Positions 18,657 to 28,600 of a DNA stretch of 64,000 nucleotides are shown one piece after another. The first letter of the stretch is position 1; each line of letters begins with the position of its first letter. The DNA is from Lachnospiraceae bacterium (GTDB lineage Bacteria; Bacillota; Clostridia; Lachnospirales; Lachnospiraceae), in the NCBI GenBank assembly GCA_017397645.1, contig JAFQIE010000026.1, positions 42,941-106,940 of the forward strand. The letters are read 5' to 3'. The position numbers and the translations under genes were made by a program. The notes beneath the pieces were generated by a model, which ran no database searches, had not been told where the DNA came from, and worked only from the letters and a program-made list of their open reading frames with translations.

Positions 18657-21600
18657 TTACTTCTTCTCCAGTGAAATGACTACCTGTTCACCGTTTACAT
18701 TCCAGTCCTTGGTGACTGCGTAATCCTTGTCGGTGGTAAGTTCGTCAGCCAATACCTTGCTGCAGATTGCATCAGCGTTCTTTTCCGCCAAAGCAGCAAG
18801 CTTGGCATTGTCGTTTAAGGATACTCTGATATGGTCCATCACCTCGAAGTCAGCCTCTTTACGCATAGTCTGAATCTTGCTGATGATTTCATAGACGAAA
18901 CCTTCCTCAATCAGTTCTTCGGTCAGATTGGTATCCAGTACCACGGTAGCCACATTATCTGCCTCTGTCACATAGCCTTCCTTGTGAGCGATGTCAATGA
19001 GCAAATCTTCCTCTGCCAATTTCACTTCCACACCATCTACGTCAAAAGCGATGCATCCGTTTGCCTTCAAATCGTCCATTGCCGCATTGCCGTCGATGGC
19101 TGCCAACGTCTTCTGGATGCCGCCAAGCTGCTTGCCGTATTTAGGTCCCACGGTACGAAGCTGAGGCTTAAAGGTATAAGAGGTGAACTCTCTTACATCA
19201 TCTGTAAATACCACTTCCTTCACGTTCAACTCGTCGCGGATAATCTCCTGATAGAATTCATCCAGTTCAAAGGGTGCTTTGATAAACATCTTGCCGACGG
19301 GCTGACGATTCTTGATACTTGCATTATTTCTGCAGGCACGACCCATCACAACCACCTTCAGGACATGCTCCATATTTGCTTCCAGTTCTGTGTCAATCCA
19401 AGCGTCATTGACGGTAGGGAAATCACACAGATGGATACTCTCAGGTGCACCTTCATCCACGCTCTTCACAAGGTTCAGATAGATATCTTCTGTCATGAAC
19501 GGAATCATGGGAGCTGCTGTCTTTGCAATGGTTACCAAAGCAGTATACAGAGTCATATAGGCATTGATCTTATCCTGCTCCATGCCCTTTGCCCAGAAAC
19601 GTTCACGGCCACGTCTTACATACCAGTTACTCATTTCGTCCACAAAGGTATCCAAAGCTCTCGCAGCCTCAGGAATACGATAATTATCCAAATGTTCATC
19701 CACTGCCTTTACAGTAGAGTTTAACCTGGACAACAACCATTTATCCATAACAGGCAATTTATCATATTCTAATGTATACTTTGATGCGTCAAAATTATCA
19801 ATATTCGCATAAAGCACAAAGAATGCATAAGTATTCCACAAAGTGCCCATGAATTTACGCTGACCTTCCATCACGGCTTTGCCATGGAAACGGTTGGGCA
19901 ACCAGGGCGCGGAGTTAATGTAGAAATACCAACGGATGGCATCGGCACCATAGGATTCCAACGCATCGAAAGGATCCACTGCATTACCCTTGGACTTACT
20001 CATCTTCTGGCCGTTTTCATCCTGTACATGTCCCAGAACAATAACATTTTCATAGGGTGCTTTATTGAACAGTAGCGTAGACTCTGCCATCAGAGAGTGG
20101 AACCATCCTCTGGTCTGGTCCACTGCTTCAGAGATAAACTGAGCCGGGAACTGCTGCTCGAACAATTCCTTATTTTCAAAAGGATAATGATGCTGTGCAA
20201 AAGGCATCGCACCGGAGTCAAACCAACAGTCAATTACCTCGGGCACACGGTGCATGGTCTTACCGCATTTAGGGCAGGGGAAGCTCACCTCATCAATATA
20301 AGGTCTGTGAAGCTCTACCTTTGCACTTTCAGGATTTCCGGACAAATCTGCCAGTTCCTGTCTGCTTCCCACACAGTGGAAATGTCCGCACTCACACTCC
20401 CAGATGTTTAAGGGAGTACCCCAATAACGGTTTCTGGAAATCGCCCAGTCCTGGATATTCTCCAGCCAGTTGCCGAAACGGCCCTTACCGATGGAGTCGG
20501 GAATCCAGTTTACTGTATTATTATTGCGAATCAGATCATCTTTCACTGCGGTTTCTTTGATGTACCAAGACTCTCTTGCATAGTAAATCAAGGGAGTGTC
20601 ACATCTCCAGCAGTGAGGATAACTATGTTCAAATTTAGGTGCTTCATAAAGCAGTCCTTTTTCCTCCAAATCCTTCAAGATGATAGGGTCTGCTTTCTTC
20701 ACGAATACGCCTGCATAAGAAGTCTCTGCAGTCATTTCCCCCTTACCGTCCACCAACTGTACGAAGGGCAAGTCGTAAACGCGACCAACCTTGGCATCGT
20801 CTTCACCAAAGGCAGGTGCGATATGTACCACGCCGGTACCATCGGACAAAGTGACATAAGTGTCACAAACCACATAATGTGCCTTCTTATTCTGTTTTGC
20901 AATGATTTCATTTGCAAAATCAAACAGAGGCTCGTATTCCTTGTATTCCAAATCTTTGCCGGTATAAGTTTCAAGTACGGTATAAGCAGGCTTTGCTTCT
21001 ACACCATTCTCCGCATCAGCCGCCACGGCCAGCTTGCCCAAAACGGTATCCAAGAGAGCCTGTGCCATATAGTAGGTGTTGCCGTCTGCTGCTGCCACCT
21101 TTGCGTAAGCTTCGTTCGGATTCACACAAAGTGCCACATTGGAAGGCAAGGTCCAAGGGGTGGTGGTCCATGCCAGAATATAGGCATCTTCACCCTTCAC
21201 CTTGAAACGTGCAATGGCGGAACGCTCTTTTACGTCCTTATAACCCTGTGCCACCTCCGCGCTGGACAGAGGGGTACCACAACGGGGACAATAGGGCACA
21301 ATCTTAAAGCCCTTGTACAAGAGACCTTTATCCCAAATGGTGCGAAGCGCCCACCACTCAGACTCAATAAAGTCATCATGGTAAGTTACATAAGGGTCAT
21401 CCATATCCGCCCAGAAGCCAACAGTGCCGGAGAAATCCTCCCACATACCTTTATACTTCCAAACACTCTCCTTACACTTATCAATGAAGGGTTCCAGACC
21501 ATACTGTTCAATCTGCTCCTTACCATCCAAACCAAGTAATTTTTCCACTTCGATTTCTACCGGCAAACCGTGGGTATCCCAGCCTGCTTTTCTAGGCACC

Positions 21601-21833
21601 ATATACCCCTTCATAGTACGGTATCTGGGAATCATATCCTTGATAACACGGGTCAATACATGACCGATATGGGGCTTACCGTTTGCGGTAGGCGGTCCAT
21701 CATAAAAAGTATAAGTAGGACCATTTTTACGGCTATCAATACTCTTCTGAAAAATATCATTATCCTTCCAAAATTTTTCTACTTCTTTTTCTCTCTCAAC
21801 AAAATTGAGATTTGTGGAAACTTGTTTGTACAT
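18657..21833 (-). CDS. ileS: isoleucine--tRNA ligase (type 2)
   Basis: DGPPTANGKPHIGH, GWDTHGLP, WTTTPWT, DQTRGWF, KMSKS; upstream Ile T-box. Confidence 0.97.
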   Translation of the reverse strand: MYKQVSTNLNFVEREKEVEKFWKDNDIFQKSIDSRKNGPTYTFYDGPPTANGKPHIGHVLTRVIKDMIPRYRTMKGYMVPRKAGWDTHGLPVEIEVEKLLGLDGKEQIEQYGLEPFIDKCKESVWKYKGMWEDFSGTVGFWADMDDPYVTYHDDFIESEWWALRTIWDKGLLYKGFKIVPYCPRCGTPLSSAEVAQGYKDVKERSAIARFKVKGEDAYILAWTTTPWTLPSNVALCVNPNEAYAKVAAADGNTYYMAQALLDTVLGKLAVAADAENGVEAKPAYTVLETYTGKDLEYKEYEPLFDFANEIIAKQNKKAHYVVCDTYVTLSDGTGVVHIAPAFGEDDAKVGRVYDLPFVQLVDGKGEMTAETSYAGVFVKKADPIILKDLEEKGLLYEAPKFEHSYPHCWRCDTPLIYYARESWYIKETAVKDDLIRNNNTVNWIPDSIGKGRFGNWLENIQDWAISRNRYWGTPLNIWECECGHFHCVGSRQELADLSGNPESAKVELHRPYIDEVSFPCPKCGKTMHRVPEVIDCWFDSGAMPFAQHHYPFENKELFEQQFPAQFISEAVDQTRGWFHSLMAESTLLFNKAPYENVIVLGHVQDENGQKMSKSKGNAVDPFDALESYGADAIRWYFYINSAPWLPNRFHGKAVMEGQRKFMGTLWNTYAFFVLYANIDNFDASKYTLEYDKLPVMDKWLLSRLNSTVKAVDEHLDNYRIPEAARALDTFVDEMSNWYVRRGRERFWAKGMEQDKINAYMTLYTALVTIAKTAAPMIPFMTEDIYLNLVKSVDEGAPESIHLCDFPTVNDAWIDTELEANMEHVLKVVVMGRACRNNASIKNRQPVGKMFIKAPFELDEFYQEIIRDELNVKEVVFTDDVREFTSYTFKPQLRTVGPKYGKQLGGIQKTLAAIDGNAAMDDLKANGCIAFDVDGVEVKLAEEDLLIDIAHKEGYVTEADNVATVVLDTNLTEELIEEGFVYEIISKIQTMRKEADFEVMDHIRVSLNDNAKLAALAEKNADAICSKVLADELTTDKDYAVTKDWNVNGEQVVISLEKK

Positions 21834-21861
21834 GTTTTCTTTCCTTTCTTGATTCATAATG

Positions 21862-22152
21862 AAAAAACTCCGCCCTGTAAAAGGACGGAGTGTGCGCTCT
21901 CGTTATACCACCTGTTACAATCATACGCTCTGCTTTTCGCAAAGTTATATGCCTTCCCATAACGGGGGAATACCGTTCAAAACTACTGATGCCGACGCGC
22001 TCGCCCGGCCTATTTGCCATTTGACGCCTCATGTGCATTTTCGTCTTGACTGCTCGGAAGTGATTTTTCTTATTTCCCTACTCGTACCGACCTTGCACCA
22101 TCGTCGGCTCGCTGAAACTTTCCTGAAATAAGTACTGTCTTCGTCATCGCAT
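21862..22152 (-). ncRNA. T-box riboswitch (Ile, AUC specifier)
   Basis: Stem I (GCGAUGACGAAGACAGUA...), specifier loop AGAAAA-AUC-ACUUC (22064-22062), T-box AGGUGGUAUAACG, terminator ACUCCGUCC/GGGCGGAGUUUUUU. Confidence 0.92.
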
Positions 22153-22164
22153 TTACTCGGGATT

Positions 22165-22194
22165 ATTATAGACGCAAAAACCTGCAATTGTCAA
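22165..22194 (-). promoter_or_regulatory. sigma-A promoter of ileS leader
   Basis: TTGACA-18 nt-TATAAT on the minus strand immediately upstream of the T-box. Confidence 0.75.
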
Positions 22195-22298
22195 GATTCT
22201 ATTCTGTCTTAACACTATTCTATCTTAACGCTTGATTTAATACTTGAAGTCATTCCTTCTTAATATTGCCTCGATGCTTGAAGCCAAAAGGTATCACT

Positions 22299-22546
22299 TG
22301 CGGTTAGAATCAGAAAAATCACTGATTAAACCGTAGTATTCTTGCGGACAATACGGTTTGAATTCAGCGCTTTTAGAAATCAACCGCATAAATCCCTGTG
22401 TTATTACAGTTGTTTATACTGAATTTCTGCATACAGCGGTATTCCCTATGAAAAATTGCGGTTAATTTGAATATAAATCACATTTTGTCCGAAATCGCAC
22501 TTGCTCAACTACGGTTGAAAAGATGATTTTGCAAATATAAACCGCA
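22299..22546. repeat. array of five units TRCGGTT-N23-AACCGYA at 52-53 bp period
   Basis: Left arms at 22299, 22352, 22405, 22457, 22510; right arms exactly 23 nt later (three intact, two degenerate); inner spacers and linkers are unique. Confidence 0.8.
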
Positions 22547-22653
22547 ACGACACAGTTTCAACATAACGATGGAGTCTTACCACACCACCAAAACATCCAT
22601 AACAGGCAAACTGCGTCTTTCTCCGCTTTGAACGGCTGTTCTTTCGAATAGAA

Positions 22654-25617
22654 TCATGAAGAAGATGTACGGGCGGTGATATCATTTGCATTCACGGCAA
22701 AATTCGTATTCTGCGCCAGCTGCACCACTTCTCCACTGGTCATGGCGTCAAACTGCTCCGGTGTCCATACGTCGGTAGGAGCAAACTCAGGACTGTCCAC
22801 ATAATCTAACAGTCTCTGTCGCAACCAAGCTGCTGCAGGGTCCATCGCGTCAAAATGAAATCCACATACGAATAAACGTCCATTCCATGCCGCGCACTCA
22901 AATACTGCCGCCTGACGAATAGCGTATTTGTGGGTGGAAGCCACATCTATAATAGGATGAAACGGAATATCATCCTGCTCAAAACAAATTGCATTGCCAC
23001 CCTCTAACAAACGCCTAAACTGCCAGCCACAGAATCCTTCATGAGGAAAATCCCTGAACACAGGGTGATTTTCTATCACTGTAGCCAGATTTCCTGATGT
23101 TCTTCCCGCCAATCCGATGCGGAAGGAAGTGGGTAAGCAATTAAACGGTCCAGCCCCCAGCAGCAATACATCTTTGCCCTCCTGCAGCGTTCTACGTAAG
23201 GTATCCGCATCTATATCCTCTGCTACAACAAGCTTATTTTTACCATCCACGTCCTCCGCCGCGGATATATCCACAGAAGTTTCTGGGTTTTCTGTCAAAG
23301 CTTTTTTCCCGTATTTTCCCACAGGAACTTCCGAAATCGTCTCAGGGAAAAGATAGAGTTCCCACTCATTCTCGGCAAATACACCGTTCCCGCTTAAGGT
23401 GATGTACAGTCTCATTTGTGCAGGCTTATTTACTGACGGCAGCGTAGTTTTATAATCGTAAATTTTTGCCACACTGCCCGGAAGAATATCTGTTGCGTTT
23501 ATGATTTGGTGGTCAATCTCACCCAAAGACCGCTCATCACGACATACTCCCTGTCCACAATTTTCCTGCACGGATGCCTCCATCGGAGCCCACGTCAGTA
23601 TTACCTCTAACCGTGCCCCGGAAAGCACCTCACTTCCGTAATACGAGGTCAGCACTCCAAAAGAAATCTCCTGTCCCGAGATAAAATTAAAGTCCGTTTC
23701 CAAATCTGTCAGCACTACGGTTTCCGAATTATACATTCGCACATTTCTGATGGTCTCTCCGGGCTTTAGTTCAAAAAACTCATTCATCATACCCACTTCG
23801 TAGCCAAAAGTATGCCAGTGGGTATCAATGGGTCCCAAGAAGTCAAATCCCGCCATCTTTTCACATCTGCGGGCCAACTCAAAACAATGCTTGCGCACTC
23901 TTCTCTGCCACTGGGAAGAGTTCTTGAAATACAAAGGAGCTCTTTCCAACAATCCCCGCTCCTGCAAGTGCCTTCTGATAGACGGCAAACGGTCCGTCCG
24001 ACCCATTCGGGTACCCTCGTAGCGGCTCTCCAATTTTAAATCCACATAGGTACCATCAATGCATATTTCATGACTGAGACGGGGCTTGTTATACACGCTG
24101 CTCCATTCGTCCAGCAGGGCGACGCTGCCCTCCACCGATTCGTAGCTGAGAAGCCCCAGCGGATAACTATTATATAAATCAGAAAATTCGGAAACCCTCC
24201 GGAATCTTTCCGGGTGATGCTTGAACGGCACCTCCACTGTCTTAGCTTGCTGATCCGATTCCTCCCAATAGTATTCCAGACCCCGCATTGCACTCATGGG
24301 AGAAAACAGCGCGTCCGTGTTCCCATGCACCTCATCTCCACATAACGCTATATGTTCTATAAAATCATCGTCCATCAACAGTTCATTACCGCAACAGTAT
24401 ATAACCACCGACGGATGACGACGACAAAAAGTCACGATTTCCTTCCACTCAGAAAGCGTCGTATTATTCGGACTTTCCACCTGTATCAACATACCCAGTT
24501 CGTCTGCCGCCTGCATGTATTCTTCCACAGGGACAAAGGTATGGAAGCGGATGAAGTTGAATCCCAATTCCTTTTCTTTGCGAATCATCTCCTGGTACAC
24601 TTCGATGTCGTGATGGGGATGAATGGTCTCCGAAAAATGCCCATGCTCACAGATTCCTCTTAGGAAATAGGGAGCGCCGTTAAGTTGCAAATGCACTCCT
24701 TCCGATAACAATCTGCGCACACCAAAACTCCGGTACAATACTGCTCCCCGGTATGTAATTTCCAATCCATATAGTTTAGGCTCCTCCGGACTCCACCTTA
24801 ACAGTTTTTCCGTGGAAAAATCAAAATCCCCGTCCGTCTCTCCGGAAAGAATCACTTTTTCTCCATCCAGCACCTTCCATGTGAATACATCAATCTCCCG
24901 GGAAACTGTAGATGCAGCGGAATCGTCCTTTGTAGCCCAGGCTCCGTCCACAATAGGTTGCACATTTATCTTGCCACAGTCCTTAGATACGAAAATCGCC
25001 ACATCCGTCAGCGGGCTCTTATAGCCACGCAGTTCCACGTCTCCCGTGATGCCTCCCGTATACTCGTTGGAGGCGCGGGAAGTGATCCCCACAATAGGTC
25101 GTCCGGCATATCCCTCCAGCCGATGATTGGACACTGATAACACCAGCACATTCGTGTCTGTGGACAATGTTTCTCTCGGTACCACCATATCAAAGGGCGT
25201 ACTGTATCCCTCGTGTGTTCCTAAATAGGAATCATTTAGCCACACGGAAACCGAGTTTTGCACACCCTCAAAATGAAGTACATTGTATTCTGCAGTCGGC
25301 GTATATACAAACTCCTTACGATAAAATACCGTTCCCTGTACATTTTCCAATGCCATGTCAGGAGCCATCTCCTTGATGGGATAACTCTGAGTACCAAAAT
25401 TTGGGTTGATATACAGTGCTTCAGAAGAGGGCAGGGTCTTAAGGATAGGTAGCATATCTTCCCAATATCCGGGCACCGCCTGCTCCACGTAGAGAGCGGC
25501 TTTACTTGGAACAGTCATCCCCACATTTTTATCCCATGGTTGCGTTGTGCCTTTATATTTTTCTCTACAATATGCCATTTCCCATGCACCGTTCAGGCTA
25601 TAGGCGGTATATTCCAT
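22654..25617 (-). CDS. glycoside hydrolase family 2-like protein
   Basis: LHFEGV...WLN...LGTHEGYSTPF, GGITGDV, W-SPEEPKLY, FGVRR, LGFNFIRFH, HPSVVIYCCGNE; start MEYTAY after AAAGGAG. Confidence 0.85.
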   Translation of the reverse strand: MEYTAYSLNGAWEMAYCREKYKGTTQPWDKNVGMTVPSKAALYVEQAVPGYWEDMLPILKTLPSSEALYINPNFGTQSYPIKEMAPDMALENVQGTVFYRKEFVYTPTAEYNVLHFEGVQNSVSVWLNDSYLGTHEGYSTPFDMVVPRETLSTDTNVLVLSVSNHRLEGYAGRPIVGITSRASNEYTGGITGDVELRGYKSPLTDVAIFVSKDCGKINVQPIVDGAWATKDDSAASTVSREIDVFTWKVLDGEKVILSGETDGDFDFSTEKLLRWSPEEPKLYGLEITYRGAVLYRSFGVRRLLSEGVHLQLNGAPYFLRGICEHGHFSETIHPHHDIEVYQEMIRKEKELGFNFIRFHTFVPVEEYMQAADELGMLIQVESPNNTTLSEWKEIVTFCRRHPSVVIYCCGNELLMDDDFIEHIALCGDEVHGNTDALFSPMSAMRGLEYYWEESDQQAKTVEVPFKHHPERFRRVSEFSDLYNSYPLGLLSYESVEGSVALLDEWSSVYNKPRLSHEICIDGTYVDLKLESRYEGTRMGRTDRLPSIRRHLQERGLLERAPLYFKNSSQWQRRVRKHCFELARRCEKMAGFDFLGPIDTHWHTFGYEVGMMNEFFELKPGETIRNVRMYNSETVVLTDLETDFNFISGQEISFGVLTSYYGSEVLSGARLEVILTWAPMEASVQENCGQGVCRDERSLGEIDHQIINATDILPGSVAKIYDYKTTLPSVNKPAQMRLYITLSGNGVFAENEWELYLFPETISEVPVGKYGKKALTENPETSVDISAAEDVDGKNKLVVAEDIDADTLRRTLQEGKDVLLLGAGPFNCLPTSFRIGLAGRTSGNLATVIENHPVFRDFPHEGFCGWQFRRLLEGGNAICFEQDDIPFHPIIDVASTHKYAIRQAAVFECAAWNGRLFVCGFHFDAMDPAAAWLRQRLLDYVDSPEFAPTDVWTPEQFDAMTSGEVVQLAQNTNFAVNANDITARTSSS

Positions 25618-25666
25618 AATCTGCTCCTTTATGCTACAAGTGGCCGGTTTCCCGGCCACCTGGCTA

Positions 25667-28600
25667 TTAATCAGTTACATAAATCTTTACATTATCGATG
25701 TAGAATTTGGTATCTAAATCCTGGGTTGCACCCTCTGCCAATGTTTCTGAATTGATTCTGAAACGAATATGTCCCAATACAGAAGATTCATTCGCATACA
25801 GGGCATTTACCTCTGTCTCGATTTGGTTACCGTTGATGAAATAGGTAAATTGCTTGGTCTCTCTATCCACCACCACTTTCAAGTGTGTGAAGCTTCCCTT
25901 TGTGTAAGGTGTGGTCAATTCAATAGCTCCACTACTTCCTGTATTTACACGTCCGATACCATCATCGGAAACCATAAATCTTGCCACGGAATAATTGCTG
26001 GTGGAGTTTAGGTACACACCATACCCGGTAGTCTTGACTCCTTCACCTTTAATGGCCAAATCCAGCTCTACCACAGCATATTTACCATCTGTCACAGGAC
26101 TTCCGATAGAGATTTCTTTTCCGGCATTCAACATGAGACTGAAGTTCAAATCACGGATGGTTGTGTCCTTAGGATTATCCACCACATTGACACTGGTTAC
26201 CGGTGTGAATTCCATACAGTAATCCGTTGCCGCTGCGTTCGCATCCACAGTGGTTTTCGCCACCACTTTACTGTATCTCTTGTAATTACCGCAAGCCAGT
26301 TTGCCGTACCAGTTGGTGCCCGTCAATGCATTCAGTCCGGTGTCAAGGGCTGCGCTGTCAAAATTCATATTTACCAGGTAAGGATCCTGGGTGGGTGCAG
26401 CTGTGGGTTCCGCCGTAGGCACCGGAGTTGCCGGTGCTGCAGTTGCCGGTGCAGGTGTTGAAGTCGCAACCGGCGCCTGAGTAGGTGCCACAGGCAAAGC
26501 TGCCGCTTCATACACTTTCACATTATCCACATACAATCGGGTGTCCACACCTTCCGCTGCCTCCGTCGGCAACTGGAACAGGATTGCGCCGAAGTTAGGC
26601 GTATCTGCAAAGAGTGCCGCCAATCCGCTCTCTATCACAACTCCGTTCCAATAGTAGGTATATTCCTTAGTCTGCTTATCTACCACGAATTTCAAGGTTC
26701 CAAACTCACCCTTGGTAACAGTCGGACGTTTGCCTGCATCATTCAACACATTAGAAGATACGAAACGTGCCAAATCAGTGTCGTTTAACTGGAATCTACC
26801 CACGGAACGGTACCCGCCACCGCGTCTCTGGCTGAAGTAAATCCTATAACCTCCGGTCTTCACCTCCTGACCCTTCACGGCTAAATCCATTTCTGTAACG
26901 ATATATCGCTCACCAATGTAGTCCTCTCCGTACGTGAACGTATTTTCAACACTGAGATTGATGAATGCATTTGTCTCAATATTTGTATTATGTACAAATT
27001 CCAGGCAGTGGTCATCGGCCTGTGCGTTAGGGTCTACCTCTGTTTTTGCCACAACCCTCACATTAGCTTTGTAGGCACCCTCTGCCACCTTTGCCTCATA
27101 TTTCGTTGTTGAGGTGTCGGCAAATAAGGTTCCTACCGCATAGCCGTCATATGTTTCGTTCACAGGATAAGGATCCGGTGTAGCCGTAGGTGCAGGTGTC
27201 GCTGTAGGCACCGGCACATTAGTAGGTCTGGGGGCCGGCTCTTCCTTCGGCTCCTCAATATATACCTTCAGGTTATCCAGATACAGTTTTGTATCCTGAA
27301 CACTTTCATCCTCCACATTCGCCGTAAACAGAACGGTTCCGAAGTTGGGGGTATTGGGATACAATGCTGTAACACCCTTTTCAACCAATACATCGTTCAC
27401 GTAGTAGCTATACTGTTTGGTCTGTTTGTTCATCACCATCTTCAAGTGCACAAACTTGCCCTTCTCCACTTCGGTACGAAGCGTGGGATCAACCAAATCG
27501 TTGGCACTTGCGTATCTGCTAAACTCTGAATCTGTCAACAAGAATCTGCACACGGATTGATATCCGCCACCGGTCTTTTGACTGAGACTGATGCGGTATC
27601 CGGCAGGCTTATCATCTTCTCCGCCGACAGCTACATCCATCTCAACCACAATGTTTTTGTTTTCCTGTCCACTTCCCAGCTCGTGAATCACAGAACTTTC
27701 CAAAACCAGTCGGAAGTTTCCTGCATAATCTACAGCCGGATTGTATGTAAATTCCATACACTTATCGGATACATCGGCAGTGGGGTCAATAACCGTTTTA
27801 TCCACCACCTGAGAGAAGGTACGATACAAGCCTTCCGCAATACTTCCCTCGTAATGGTCCTTTCCGGTATTCATCAGCGTGGTACCTACTGTATAACTGT
27901 CGTAGTTCTCGTCAATAGGGTAGGTTAGCCATTCCGGCTTCGGCGTGGGCGGAGGAAGCACCTCCTGTGACATCATTTCCTGATATGCTGCATGGGTCAA
28001 CTGGTAAATCTTCAAATTGTCCATAAACATTTCTGCGTTGGTCTCTTGTGCCTCGTTAGGCGTGCCAATGTAAATAGCACCGATATTGGGCACGTTGTTA
28101 CCGTGGAAAAACGCAATGTCCTTCTGCAACAAATCTCCGTTATAATAATAGTTAAAGGTTCTCTGTTTCTTATCGATGACAAAAGTCAGTGTAACAAATT
28201 CACTGTCTGCCACAATCTTTTGTGTATTCTTATCGTGAGAATCATTATTAATCTTGCGCAGAATGCGATAGTCTTCTGTAATCTTCACCCTGGCTGCTGA
28301 ATGATACTGGCTGTTTTCAGGACGTCTGCTGATAAAGATATCAAAGCCATTTGCTTTGCCTTGCATATTCTTTACCGCAATTTCCATTTCAATCACCATT
28401 AACAGGTCATCTGCCTCGGGTCCCACAGTCTGTATCTGGTCTTCATCCAAATACAAATATAATTTGCCATCCAGATTATACTTCTTGACATAGGGGAATC
28501 TCATACAGCCATATCCCTCGTAGTCAGGGCGTACCCAGTTTTTAGGGATGACTTTCCAATCCTCCCTGTATTTTTCCGTGATACCATTGATATACCAGTT

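Noticed and set aside
22299-22546. CRISPR array or TIGR array interpretation of the 53-bp periodic repeats
   Set aside because: Conserved parts are only 7-bp arms rather than 23-47 bp direct repeats, and no cas or Nop-domain gene is in the window; kept as an unclassified array
26385-26500. Low-complexity GC-rich repeats (also 27175-27245)
   Set aside because: They encode Pro/Thr/Ala linkers of the large lipoprotein and are not independent DNA repeats
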